Assembly (NCBI GenBank): GCA_017609605.1
Contig: JAFCDO010000004.1
Span: forward strand, 14,184-78,183
Length of the DNA: 64,000 bases
Direction of reading: 5' to 3'
Origin: Candidatus Parvarchaeota archaeon
Lineage (GTDB): Archaea; Nanobdellota; Nanobdellia; JAAOXT01
Shown here: positions 55,248-64,000 of the stretch, piece after piece
Layout of the letters: each line of letters opens with the position of its first letter
Position numbering within the stretch: the first letter of the stretch is position 1
The notes under the pieces: model-generated
Database searches by the model: none
The model's input: the letters and a program-made list of their open reading frames with translations, nothing else
What the model was told of the DNA's origin: nothing
Program-made: the position numbers and the translations under genes

Positions 55248-55830
55248 TTCTCAACACCATTTTTACTAATTCCTCAGCATTCAAAAATATTATGTGGTCT
55301 TTCAAAACCTCTTTTATCAAAATATCATTCTTAATGTTTTCTTCAAAGATACTCGTAGGGTAACTCTTAATACTTATCTCAACCCCATACATACTCGAAA
55401 TTTTTTTGACACGTTTTTTATCATAACTTCCTACAACGAAGATGTCAAGGTCAGATTCTTCTTTCTCAAGAGCTTTTGCATAACTGCCAAACACGAATCC
55501 AATCCCGTTTATAAAAGGAGTTATCTTAGCCAAAATTTCTCTTATTAAATCATGATTCTCCAAAAAAATTATTTTTTTGTATTGTTCAACAAAAATTAAG
55601 TAATCTTCGGCAATATCACTTTTTTTGATTTTATATACTTTGATTTTGCCTTTTGTTGATGATTCGAGAACAATTTTGTTCTCCAAATCGTTTAAAATAA
55701 GTTGGGCAGTCCTTGGACTTATTTTTAGAATTTTCTGAACTTCCCTTATATAATATTCTTTATCAAACCCTTTTGTGAACAAAGAAAGCACTTGCAAATG
55801 ATTCTCAGTTATGTTTAATTTTTCATACAT
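55240..55830 (-). CDS. wHTH + minimal nucleotidyltransferase (MNT) protein
   Basis: C-terminal GFVFGSYAKALEKEESDLDIFVV matches the GSxxxG...SDxD NTase motif. N-terminal HTH (IREVQKILKISPRTAQLILNDLE). Confidence 0.7.
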   Translation of the reverse strand: MYEKLNITENHLQVLSLFTKGFDKEYYIREVQKILKISPRTAQLILNDLENKIVLESSTKGKIKVYKIKKSDIAEDYLIFVEQYKKIIFLENHDLIREILAKITPFINGIGFVFGSYAKALEKEESDLDIFVVGSYDKKRVKKISSMYGVEISIKSYPTSIFEENIKNDILIKEVLKDHIIFLNAEELVKMVLRNE

Positions 55831-55941
55831 ACGTATTATTTATAATACAGTTAGTATTTAATTGTTCTGGCTCAAGCATTTTACGCCAACGAGATTTAAG
55901 TGAAGTTTTTATTCCTCGTTTATGATGGGTGGAGCCCTGCT

Positions 55942-56811
55942 TTATTTGATTCTTGCTGTTTCCGCTTTCTCCCATATTTGTTTCAAATCCTTTTTTTTGA
56001 TGTTTAAATCAATGAAGGATAAAGCCCAGGCGTAAGTTCTCGCGGTTATGAGTGCAAAGTACCAGACCAGTTCTTTTAAGTTTTTCGCGTAACCAAAACC
56101 TTTTGTGAAGTGAGAGGATTCTTTGAGAAAACTTCTGGTTCTGTGTCCGGGGAACCATTTTTGAATTTGGTGGTAGCCTGCCATGGTTCTTCTTTTTTGC
56201 TTAACCCAGTCTTTAAAGTTGTCCGGGTACCTGACTTTGACCCAAGCGTCCGGTTCGTAAACGATTTTATAGCCTTTTTCTCGTATCATGTGAGATATGA
56301 CTGCGTCGTCAGCCAGACTTTGTTCTGGAATCTTTTTTATGACGTTGCGGATGGCGTAGAACTCGCCAGAGCATATGAGAAAACCTTTTTTTGACAATCT
56401 TTTTTTGTTCTCGTGAGCGCCTGCTTCGCTTAGAAAGTTGGCCCACCATCCCAACATATCGTTTTTAGGGTTTTCGCAAACCACTCTTGAGCTCGCCGCC
56501 CCGACTTTCGAGTTCTTGAAGTGTTTGAGCAGTTTTGGGATAGAGTTTTTCTGGATGATCACGTCCCCGTCAGTTAGGATGATTATGTTTCCTTTGGCTT
56601 TTTTGAAAGAAAGGTTCAGGGCGTGGGGTTTGCCTTTGCCAGGGTCGTTCACTATTTTGACGCGCTCAAATTTTTTTGCTTGTTGGATGGTCGGTTCGTC
56701 CGGTGCTACCACGATTAGCTCGTCGTTTTTTTCTATTTGGCTGAGTATTGCTTTGATTGCGCGGCCAATGGTTTTCTCTTCTTTAAAAGCTGTTATTATC
56801 ACTGTGTTCAT
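55942..56811 (-). CDS. GT2 glycosyltransferase
   Basis: VIITAFKEEKTIGRAI and TDGDVII motifs. Start set at MNTVIIT, giving a 4-nt overlap with the upstream stop. Confidence 0.7.
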   Translation of the reverse strand: MNTVIITAFKEEKTIGRAIKAILSQIEKNDELIVVAPDEPTIQQAKKFERVKIVNDPGKGKPHALNLSFKKAKGNIIILTDGDVIIQKNSIPKLLKHFKNSKVGAASSRVVCENPKNDMLGWWANFLSEAGAHENKKRLSKKGFLICSGEFYAIRNVIKKIPEQSLADDAVISHMIREKGYKIVYEPDAWVKVRYPDNFKDWVKQKRRTMAGYHQIQKWFPGHRTRSFLKESSHFTKGFGYAKNLKELVWYFALITARTYAWALSFIDLNIKKKDLKQIWEKAETARIK

Positions 56812-57737
56812 TTTGTTTTCAGGAAGGAGATTATTGATAGGAGGGAGCGCAAGAACACTATGCAAGTGTAGGATAAAGTTTCTTTGATGTGTTTGAAGTC
56901 CAGGTAGAACTTGTAAGTGCTGTACGAGAAGTACGCTGTCAGCGCTAATAGTAGTGGCAGTCTAAAAACTGGGAGGATTATTAACGGGGTTGCTAATAAT
57001 AGTCCTCCTCTTAACCCGTTTATCAATAATAGTTTTGCAGCCATTTTTTTGCGACCGGTTTTCAGTAAAGTTTTTATTCCTTTGCCAAACCAGTTTGCTT
57101 GTTTTAGGTAGAGTTGCAGGGTGTCAGGGTCTTTGTGGTAAAGCACTATTGATGGGTCGTGGACAAGTTTGTATCCTTTGTTCAGGAAGTTTTGTGTTAG
57201 CAGGCCGTCTTCAAAGTAGAAAATGTTTTTCGGGTAGCCGCCCAGTTTTTTGAACACTTCTTTTTTTATGCAGAAAATGAATGCGGGTGTTTCATTAACA
57301 ACCGTTTTTTCGTATTTTTTGGAGTAAACCCTGTTTCTGAGGTCAAGAGCTTTAGCAATGATGGTTTTTGGTTTGTAACCGTAAACGTTCCACGTCACGG
57401 CGTCAGCACCGTATTTTTTTAGGTTTTGGTCAATTTTTTTTAAGCAATTTTTTGGAGCTATCTGGTCCGCGTCCACGAACACGAGCACTTCTCCTTTGGC
57501 TTTTTTGACGCCTTGGGTTCTGGCGAACGCTGCGCTGTGTCCTTGCTTGAAGTTGACGAGTTTTAGGGTTTCGTGTTTTTTTTGGCGGTTTTCAACGATT
57601 TTTTGCGTCCCGTCTTTGGACCCGTCGTTCACCACGATCACTTCATAATCTTTGAATGATTGTTTTAGGCATGAGTCTAGGCAGTCAGGAAGGTCTGTTT
57701 CTTCGTTGTGAGCTGGTATTATTATGCTGAACCTCAT
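56808..57737 (-). CDS. GT2 glycosyltransferase with C-terminal TM helices
   Basis: FSIIIPAHNEE, VIVVNDGSKDGT, FVDADQ. Confidence 0.8.
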   Translation of the reverse strand: MRFSIIIPAHNEETDLPDCLDSCLKQSFKDYEVIVVNDGSKDGTQKIVENRQKKHETLKLVNFKQGHSAAFARTQGVKKAKGEVLVFVDADQIAPKNCLKKIDQNLKKYGADAVTWNVYGYKPKTIIAKALDLRNRVYSKKYEKTVVNETPAFIFCIKKEVFKKLGGYPKNIFYFEDGLLTQNFLNKGYKLVHDPSIVLYHKDPDTLQLYLKQANWFGKGIKTLLKTGRKKMAAKLLLINGLRGGLLLATPLIILPVFRLPLLLALTAYFSYSTYKFYLDFKHIKETLSYTCIVFLRSLLSIISFLKTK

Positions 57738-58771
57738 ACTTTTTTGTACACCTCTAACGTTTTTTTAGCAACTTTTTGTGGGCTGAATTCATTCACTATT
57801 TTTGTTCCGTTTTTGATCAAGCGATTTTTGAGTTGAGGGTCTTGTATTAGCATTTGAATTTTTTGAGAAACATCTTCCACATTGTTTTCTGAGTAGAGTA
57901 GGGATTTTCCGAAGACTGTGGGTGTTGCTCCTCTGTCAAGTGCTATGCAGGGGGTTCCTGACGCGAGGGCTTGGGCGAAAACTATTCCAAAGGATTCTTT
58001 GCTTGACAGGTTGACGAGCATGTCCGCTGTTGAGAGAGTGTTTAACAATTTTTTTTCGCTTACAAAACCTAGAAAGCGGATTCTGGTGTCTCCTCCACCA
58101 ATTTTTTTGAGTCTTTGCTCGTCCGGGCCTGATCCGATGATGCTTAATTGTATGCCGTTGAGTTTTTTCACTGCTTGAATCAACGTGTCAACGTTTTTGT
58201 ACGCGTCCAATCGTCCAATGAATAGGACGTGGTTGTTCCACGTTTTTTTCTTTATTTTTGAAAACTTTTTTAGTTCTAACGGGTTTGGAATGGTGGTCAT
58301 GTTGTTGTTAAATTTTTTGAGGATTTTTTTTTCGTAATCCGAGGAAGTTATCACTTGAGAGGCTTTTTTGATTGCTGGTTGGCCGAATAACAGGTCAAAC
58401 ATTTTTCTTGTGAACAAGTTTTTTTTCCCTTTTTCGTGAAAGTGGGTGGTGAACACGTATTTGTCAACGCTTTTTGAAACGATGAAGGGTTGGAAAGTTG
58501 AGTAGTTTTGTGCGTGGACAATGTCTGCTTTGAAGTCCTTTATTTTTTGAATCATTTCTGGCGTGTAGCCCAACCCTTTATACGGGACTCGTTCAATGGT
58601 TATTTTTCCTTCTTTGCTAAGACCTGGTTTTTCGAAGCCCGCGGGAGTTTTTGTAGTGCAAAGAATTCGAACATCATGTTTTTTTGAGAATTCTTTTGAG
58701 ATTAGGGCAACGTGTTTTTCAACCCCTCCAAGCTCGGGGTGATAACTCAAGCAGACTTGCATTATTCGCAT
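57734..58771 (-). CDS. GT4 (GT-B fold) glycosyltransferase
   Basis: MRIMQVCLSYHPELGGVEKHV N-terminus. C-terminal ...ESFGIVFAQALASGTPCIA (E-x7-E region). TATA AAATATTTAAAAAAG lies ~35 nt upstream of ATG 58771. Confidence 0.8.
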   Translation of the reverse strand: MRIMQVCLSYHPELGGVEKHVALISKEFSKKHDVRILCTTKTPAGFEKPGLSKEGKITIERVPYKGLGYTPEMIQKIKDFKADIVHAQNYSTFQPFIVSKSVDKYVFTTHFHEKGKKNLFTRKMFDLLFGQPAIKKASQVITSSDYEKKILKKFNNNMTTIPNPLELKKFSKIKKKTWNNHVLFIGRLDAYKNVDTLIQAVKKLNGIQLSIIGSGPDEQRLKKIGGGDTRIRFLGFVSEKKLLNTLSTADMLVNLSSKESFGIVFAQALASGTPCIALDRGATPTVFGKSLLYSENNVEDVSQKIQMLIQDPQLKNRLIKNGTKIVNEFSPQKVAKKTLEVYKKV

Positions 58772-58900
58772 AGACGTGTTAGGTGTTGGAACTTTTTTAA
58801 ATATTTGGTTTAGACAGCAGATTTGAATTATACGGCACACATTCTTTTTTAGAGCACTGAAAAAATCAGAGGAAAGCGAGTAAAAAAAGGTGTTCTAGAA

Positions 58901-58910
58901 AAACTTATAA
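58901..58910 (+). promoter_or_regulatory. BRE/TATA-like element AAACTTATAA
   Basis: Begins 35 nt upstream of ATG 58936. Same decamer and spacing as at 10306. Confidence 0.5.
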
Positions 58911-58935
58911 GAACATAGAGCGTTTATTCTTATTC

Positions 58936-59883
58936 ATGACGAACGGTTCTTATCAGCCAAGTTCTCTCGCGGGAAGGAGGTTGACTGGCGAAGCCATTTC
59001 TCCGACGCACGGTACTTTCGGGACCAGCCAAGAAGGGGTTGGTATGGTTGCTACAAAAGAGTTGAAGAAACTGTGGAAAAAAGAGATTGACCACGAGAAA
59101 AAGATGTGCGGTAAAATCTTTGACTTCACGAAAGATTATGTTAAGGATGATGTTAAGAATTTTAAGAAAAGAGCGAAGGATGTTCTGAATTATATTTACA
59201 ACATGGAAAAGAAGTTTCAAGGGATGACAAGAACTGGAGCTATGACTAAAAGAGGTGGGCGAGTGGACTTGAAGAAACTCCGAAAAAACGTTCAAAGATA
59301 TTATGGGGTTGGAGCGGATGATATGATAAAAGGAAAGAAAAGAGATAAGAGCGTGAAACCCGGCGAGTCAATAATTGAGAAAGCAGAGTTTTATGGAACT
59401 GACCGTTACCTAAAAGACGAAAAGAAGAATCAAGAGAAGAATTATGACCTCATTAAAAGGGCAATAGATGCTGGTTTCGTGAACACGCCTTCAGGAGTGA
59501 AAGACGGGGTTCCTGGAAAAGTTATTGGATTAATGGGGATTATAGGCATGGCAGAACAAATATGTTCGCAAGTTAGAACTTTTGTTGATTCCACTTTAGA
59601 AAATAATATTGCAGATATCATCACTAACGGGAAACAGGGGCTTGAAGCGTTTGGGGACACAGCGGATAAAGGCGCTGACCTTTATCGTGGTAGGCTTACA
59701 GGGGTTAGGATAGCGTATGATAGGAGGCGAGCAGGAGTCTCAGGAGCTATTGACAACGCTCGTTCTCGCGTGCAGGATGTTAAAACCGTTTACCAGCCTC
59801 CTAAAGAGCAATTCCGAACAGCGCAGTCACCGCCTCCGGGAAGCCCGCCTGTAACGAAACCGCCAGCGCCTCCAGCGGTTTAA
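58936..59883 (+). CDS. Hypothetical protein with Lys-rich core and Pro-rich C-terminus
   Basis: 315-codon ORF ending ...SPPPGSPPVTKPPAPPAV. No recognised domain. An alternative start exists at ATG 59044 (RBS-like AAGGGG). Confidence 0.4.
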   Translation: MTNGSYQPSSLAGRRLTGEAISPTHGTFGTSQEGVGMVATKELKKLWKKEIDHEKKMCGKIFDFTKDYVKDDVKNFKKRAKDVLNYIYNMEKKFQGMTRTGAMTKRGGRVDLKKLRKNVQRYYGVGADDMIKGKKRDKSVKPGESIIEKAEFYGTDRYLKDEKKNQEKNYDLIKRAIDAGFVNTPSGVKDGVPGKVIGLMGIIGMAEQICSQVRTFVDSTLENNIADIITNGKQGLEAFGDTADKGADLYRGRLTGVRIAYDRRRAGVSGAIDNARSRVQDVKTVYQPPKEQFRTAQSPPPGSPPVTKPPAPPAV

Positions 59884-60830
59884 ACACTAAAAATTTTTCT
59901 TTTAAGTCTTTGAATTATTCCTGAGAAGACCAGCAGGTTCCTGAACGTTTTGTAAAAAGGGTAGATCAGTACGGTTTTTATTTTGCGGGTTTTGAACAAA
60001 GCCCTAATCATTTGATAAGGGATTATGAACGCGACCAGTCCACAGGATAACGCGAACCAAAAGGGGTTTAAAAAATAGGATAACAGGGTTAAAGGATAGA
60101 ACGCTCTGAACGCGATGGCGCCGAGCAGTAGCGTGCCCCGAGCCTTATTTTTCCGCCAATAAGCTGGTAGGGTGCGGCCATACCATAACAACTGGTTCTT
60201 AACTGATTCAAGGTCTTGTGGCTCGCGATGGTAAACAACGATTTCTGGAAAATATTTTTTCCTGAAGCCGTGCTCGTCAAAACGGCGGGCGATATCTCTG
60301 TCCTCGCCGAAACCCATGTCCTCGTCAAAACCGTTGAGCGCTTCGTAAACCTGTTTCTTGTAAGCGTTAGGCATGGCTTTCCGAGGGTTGAACCAAATCC
60401 GTCTCTCCACTTCGTACAATTCACCGATAAGGTTGGGTTCGAAAGCAATGGTGTTCGTGCACAGCGCGTCAATGTCAAAATCTTCAAACCTTTTCAGGAT
60501 TAGTGCTAACTCGTTTCTTGATAGGATGTTGTCGCCGTCCAGGAAACGAAGTATTGGCGCCCCAGCTTTTTTTACGGCAAGGTTTCGCGCGCGGGCAGGA
60601 CTCTTCGGCTCATCTTCGATGATTAGCTTCCAGTGAGGATGCTTGTAGTTCTTGATGATTTTTTGGGTTCTGTCAGTGCTCCTGCCGTCAACGAAGATGA
60701 CTTCAAACTCATGCTTATCCAGCGTCTGGTCTCGCAAAGATTTTAACAAGAAAGGAACGTCTTTTTCCTCGTTTTTTGTAGCGATGATAACACTAATCTT
60801 CGGAACTTTTCTTTTCAAAAAACCAAACAT
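59880..60830 (-). CDS. GT2 glycosyltransferase with C-terminal TM helices
   Basis: ISVIIATKNEEKDV, VIFVDGRSTDRT, LDGDN. Confidence 0.75.
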   Translation of the reverse strand: MFGFLKRKVPKISVIIATKNEEKDVPFLLKSLRDQTLDKHEFEVIFVDGRSTDRTQKIIKNYKHPHWKLIIEDEPKSPARARNLAVKKAGAPILRFLDGDNILSRNELALILKRFEDFDIDALCTNTIAFEPNLIGELYEVERRIWFNPRKAMPNAYKKQVYEALNGFDEDMGFGEDRDIARRFDEHGFRKKYFPEIVVYHREPQDLESVKNQLLWYGRTLPAYWRKNKARGTLLLGAIAFRAFYPLTLLSYFLNPFWFALSCGLVAFIIPYQMIRALFKTRKIKTVLIYPFYKTFRNLLVFSGIIQRLKRKIFSV

Positions 60831-60852
60831 TGTCTTAATTAATTGTTTTTTC

Positions 60853-61800
60853 TTATTTTTTTATGTATTGTTTTAGGTACTCAATGGTTTTTTGTAGTCC
60901 TTCGTCCAAACTGGTTTTTGGCTCCCAACCCAGCACGCTTTTGGCTTTGTTTATGTCTGGTAAGCGGCGTTGCGGGTCGTCGATAGGCAGTTCTTTGTAA
61001 ACCATGCCAGTTTTTCCGACGAGTTCTTGAATTTTTTCTGCAAGTTCTTTCATGGTTTTTTCTGCAGGATTGCCCAGGTTGAAAACTTCTCCTGAAATGT
61101 TTGGGGTGTTCATGACTTTGTGCACTCCTTCGATGAGGTCGTTCACGTAACAGAAACTACGGGTTTGCTCTCCGTCGCCAAAAATGGTTAAGGGTTGGTT
61201 GTTGAGTGCTTGGGTGATGAAGTTAGTCACGACTCTTCCGTCACCTGGCTTCATTCTTGGACCGTAAGTGTTGAAAATCCTGATTATTCTGACTTCTACT
61301 TTGTGTTGCCTGCGGTAAGCCATGCATAATGCTTCGCCGAAGCGTTTTGACTCGTCATAGCATGAGCGCGGCCCGAGTGGGTTGACGAAACCCCAATAAG
61401 TTTCAGGGGTGGGCAGGACTTTCGCGTCACCGTAAGTTTCGCTCGTGCTCGCGAAAACAAGTACTGCCCCGTTTTTTTTGGCGAGTTCTAAGAGGTTAAG
61501 GGTTCCGAAACTGTTTGCCATAAGTGTTTCGATGGGGAATTCTTGATAGTCTGGCGGCGAGGCCCTGCTCGCGAAGTGAAGAATGAAGTCCAGTTTTTCG
61601 TCAACACCGATTTTTTTGGTTATGTCCGCGTTTATGAACAAAAAATTTGGGTTGCTCTTTAAGTGTTCAATGTTTTTTTGTCTGCCGCTGCAAAGGTTGT
61701 CCACTCCAATGACTCTATAACCTTTTTTGAGCAGGAAGTCAGTTAGGTTTGAGCCTATGAATCCTGAGCACCCGGTTAAAAGAACTGTTTTCAATCCCAT
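60853..61800 (-). CDS. UDP-glucuronate decarboxylase (UDP-xylose synthase)-like SDR
   Basis: GCSGFIGSNL Rossmann motif and YDESKR catalytic motif. DGRVVTNFITQAL...FGDGEQTRSFCYVNDLIEG is typical of UXS. Confidence 0.8.
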   Translation of the reverse strand: MGLKTVLLTGCSGFIGSNLTDFLLKKGYRVIGVDNLCSGRQKNIEHLKSNPNFLFINADITKKIGVDEKLDFILHFASRASPPDYQEFPIETLMANSFGTLNLLELAKKNGAVLVFASTSETYGDAKVLPTPETYWGFVNPLGPRSCYDESKRFGEALCMAYRRQHKVEVRIIRIFNTYGPRMKPGDGRVVTNFITQALNNQPLTIFGDGEQTRSFCYVNDLIEGVHKVMNTPNISGEVFNLGNPAEKTMKELAEKIQELVGKTGMVYKELPIDDPQRRLPDINKAKSVLGWEPKTSLDEGLQKTIEYLKQYIKK

Positions 61801-62591
61801 TTTTTTACCATGGCTTCCCTGTCAGCTACGAATTCTTCGAAACTTTTTTTCTCCATCATTTTTCTTTTCGCTTCGAACACGGTTTTCCATTTTCCTATAT
61901 CCATGTAATCTCCGTCCAGTTGGACTGCGTAAGCCGTTTCACCGTTTTTAACTGCGTTAGCAATGCTGTCAGTTATCCATATCTCTCCTCTTTTTCCGGG
62001 CCTAGTTTTTTCTATGTACTCGAAGATTTTCGGGTCGAAAACGTACACTCCACAAATAGAGTAATAACTCCCGTCACTCAAGTATTCTTTGGCTTCTTCC
62101 GGGTCTGGTTTTTCTATGAGTTTAGTGATTTTTCCATCAGAATCAAATTTTACGACTCCGTAGCTCGCGGGGTCTTCAATTTTTTGGACGAGAAGGGTTG
62201 CGATGGGTTTTTTTTCCTCATGTTTTTTTATTAAGTCCATTATTTTGTGTTTTGGCTCTATGAAGGAGTCTCCCAGGAGTGTGATGAAAGGTTTTTTAAT
62301 CCAGTCTTTTGCTTGCAGTATTGCGTGTCCCAGACCTTTTGGTTTCATTTGGTAAAGGTAAGAAATGTTGGTGTCGTAAGGCTCCCCGTTTCCAAGGTAG
62401 TCCATTATCGCTCCTTTTTGGTGGCCAACGATGACGAACACTTTTTTTATGCCCCCTATTTTAAGACAGTCAATGCCGTGCTCTATGCTTGGCTTGCCCA
62501 TTAAGGGGTAGAGTTCTTTTGGTATGGCTCTTGAAAAAGGGTATAACCTTTTTCCAGAACCTGCTGCAGGGATTAATCCCACGAATTCCAT
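61791..62591 (-). CDS. Sugar-1-phosphate nucleotidyltransferase (Glc-1-P uridylyl/thymidylyltransferase family)
   Basis: GLIPAAGSGKRLYPFSRAIPKELYPL N-terminal signature. Confidence 0.8.
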   Translation of the reverse strand: MEFVGLIPAAGSGKRLYPFSRAIPKELYPLMGKPSIEHGIDCLKIGGIKKVFVIVGHQKGAIMDYLGNGEPYDTNISYLYQMKPKGLGHAILQAKDWIKKPFITLLGDSFIEPKHKIMDLIKKHEEKKPIATLLVQKIEDPASYGVVKFDSDGKITKLIEKPDPEEAKEYLSDGSYYSICGVYVFDPKIFEYIEKTRPGKRGEIWITDSIANAVKNGETAYAVQLDGDYMDIGKWKTVFEAKRKMMEKKSFEEFVADREAMVKKWD

Positions 62592-62640
62592 TCAAAAAAA
62601 ATGGAACTTGTTAAAGCTTTTAAAACTTGCTCTTTCATTA

Positions 62641-62653
62641 AAATTTTATAAAG
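62641..62653 (+). promoter_or_regulatory. TATA element for the flippase gene
   Basis: AAATTTTATAAAG lies 36 nt upstream of ATG 62677. Confidence 0.45.
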
Positions 62654-62676
62654 CCTTTCCGAATAAGATTGTAGGA

Positions 62677-64000
62677 ATGAGTTTTGATTTCTTAGTTAAG
62701 AAAGTTGGTAAAGGCGCTTCTCAATTATCTTTGGCAAGGTTCATCTCTTATCTTAGCGCTTTTGTCATATCTGTTTTTATCGCTAGAATGTTGTCTCCTC
62801 ATGAGTACGGGTTGTTTCAAATAGTTTTCTCGTTGTTCTTGTTGTTTTTCACGCTTTCAGAGTTGGGCATGGGGCAGGCATTGGCTTATTTTGTTCCTAA
62901 GTTCAACGCGATTGGTGAGGAAAAAAAGTCTGTTTACCTTGTTAGGTACGCGGTTAAGTGGAGGCTTTTGTCATCCTTTGTTTTTGGAATCGTTTTTTTC
63001 TTTTTGTCTGGAATGTTTGCGAGTGTTTACAAGGATGCTTCGGTTAAGGGTTATGTTCAAATCTTTTCTCTTTTCATGGTTTTTTACAGTTTGAGCTTTT
63101 TGTTCAACTTTGTTTTTCAAGCGCTTCAGAAATTTAAGGAGTTTTTGTATAGGGAAGTGGTTTTTTCGGTTTCACGGTTGATGGTGCTCGTGTTTTTGTT
63201 CGCGGGATTTGGTTTGACATACGTTTTCATTGGTTATGGAGTTTGTTACGTGATATCCGCGGTTTTCTCGATTTATCTTGTTCTTAAATTGATAAAGATT
63301 AGGGAGTGGGAGCCCACTTCCGTGAAGGGTTTTTGGCATTATTCTTTGATCATGACTGTGGGGGTTATCGCCATGTTTGTGGCGAATTATATTGTGACGC
63401 CCGTGCTCGGCTTGTTTGTTCCGCCTGAGCAAGTCAGTTTTTTCAGCATTGCTTGGACCATAAGTTTTGCAGCGATAACGCCTTCCGCAGCAATAATTTC
63501 GGCTTTTCTGCCTGTTGTCAGCGAGTTGTCAAGTAAGGGTAGAGAAGAGGAGTTGGCTAAAGTTTTTAGGTGGTTGTCAAAGTTTGTTATTATAACAACT
63601 TTTTTTTGGACTGCTTTTGCGTACGCGTCATCAAGGCCAGTGCTGGTAATGGTTTTTTCTGATAAGTACGTGGCGGCTCTTCCTCACGTTGGTTTGTTGC
63701 TCATGGCTTTCGGGCTTGACGCAATTTTCTTTATCATGAGTGCTTATTGGGCGGGGATTGGGAAAGCCGGGAGGGCTAACGAGTACATAATAGTCAGGAG
63801 TGTTTGCGTTGTTCCATTAGCGTTCGTGATGTCTTACCTTTATGGTTTGAGCGGAGGGGTGCTGGCTTTTTTGATAGCTGTTGTGATAGGTGTTCTCTGG
63901 CTTTTCTTCAGGACAAAGAACTATGTTGATTTTGATTATTCTATTCTTTACAAAGCCGGTTTTTCAGCTCTTCTCATGTTGTTCGCAGTTAATTTAGTGA
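62677..64000 (+). CDS. Wzx/MOP-type oligosaccharide flippase, 3' end outside the window
   Basis: My own translation from ATG 62677 stays open to the window end (>440 codons), which is why it is absent from the ORF track. The product is polytopic (MSFDFLVKKVGKGASQLSLARFISYLSAFVISVFIARMLSPHEYGLFQ...), typical of polysaccharide flippases. Confidence 0.7.
   Translation, partial: MSFDFLVKKVGKGASQLSLARFISYLSAFVISVFIARMLSPHEYGLFQIVFSLFLLFFTLSELGMGQALAYFVPKFNAIGEEKKSVYLVRYAVKWRLLSSFVFGIVFFFLSGMFASVYKDASVKGYVQIFSLFMVFYSLSFLFNFVFQALQKFKEFLYREVVFSVSRLMVLVFLFAGFGLTYVFIGYGVCYVISAVFSIYLVLKLIKIREWEPTSVKGFWHYSLIMTVGVIAMFVANYIVTPVLGLFVPPEQVSFFSIAWTISFAAITPSAAIISAFLPVVSELSSKGREEELAKVFRWLSKFVIITTFFWTAFAYASSRPVLVMVFSDKYVAALPHVGLLLMAFGLDAIFFIMSAYWAGIGKAGRANEYIIVRSVCVVPLAFVMSYLYGLSGGVLAFLIAVVIGVLWLFFRTKNYVDFDYSILYKAGFSALLMLFAVNLV

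Noticed and set aside
58940-59040. GC-rich ~100-nt segment as a known riboswitch, tRNA-like or C/D-box RNA
   Set aside because: I could not fold it into a convincing conserved structure or find C/D boxes or tRNA arms by eye. It is reported only as an open question under the orphan-gene finding.

Overview
AT-rich, tightly packed archaeal chromosome segment. Archaeal identity rests on PolD DP1/DP2, Orc1/Cdc6, a histone, aIF5A, aRF1, archaeal DnaG, FEN1, AglB and GGGP synthase. Class III RNR (NrdD/NrdG) suggests an anaerobe. A small-genome, DPANN-like lineage is only an inference. Layout: (1) 1-2.5 kb, ether-lipid genes (UbiA-type prenyltransferase and GGGP synthase) plus membrane proteins. (2) 2.5-6.9 kb, an nrdR-nrdD-nrdG operon with tandem NrdR boxes and a LAGLIDADG intein inside nrdD. 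(3) 7.3-19.3 kb, IleRS and a replication island: PolD large and small subunits, cdc6, then a textbook candidate oriC (AT-rich unwinding element flanked by 3+3 inverted ORB-like repeats), then RPA. (4) 19.3-30.2 kb, housekeeping genes: aIF5A, histone, aRF1, SAM synthetase, tRNA-Ile, split MetRS, proteasome beta, aCPSF1/FttA, CBS proteins, DnaG. (5) 30.2-37.9 kb, a 304-aa secreted protein, SRP RNA, a 2077-aa giant surface protein with a Cys-rich half and a sequon-rich half, and tRNA-Ser. Both secreted proteins end in the same PG(I/L)-hydrophobic-basic tail. (6) 38.4-40 kb, a ThiS-like / TtuA(Ncs6) / SWIM / small helical protein operon. (7) 40.8-64 kb, FEN1 followed by a ~21-kb protein-glycosylation island: AglB, a GlcNAc-1-P transferase, seven GT2 and one GT4 enzymes, three GT-C-like membrane proteins, a flippase-like protein, a Wzx-type flippase, UDP-xylose synthase and a sugar nucleotidyltransferase. 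Two apparent insertions interrupt this island: an AT-rich membrane-protein gene bracketed by a perfect 85-bp direct repeat, and a HEPN/nucleotidyltransferase toxin-antitoxin pair. No CRISPR array, rRNA, transposase or integrase was seen. All homology calls come from motif recognition by eye, not from database searches.
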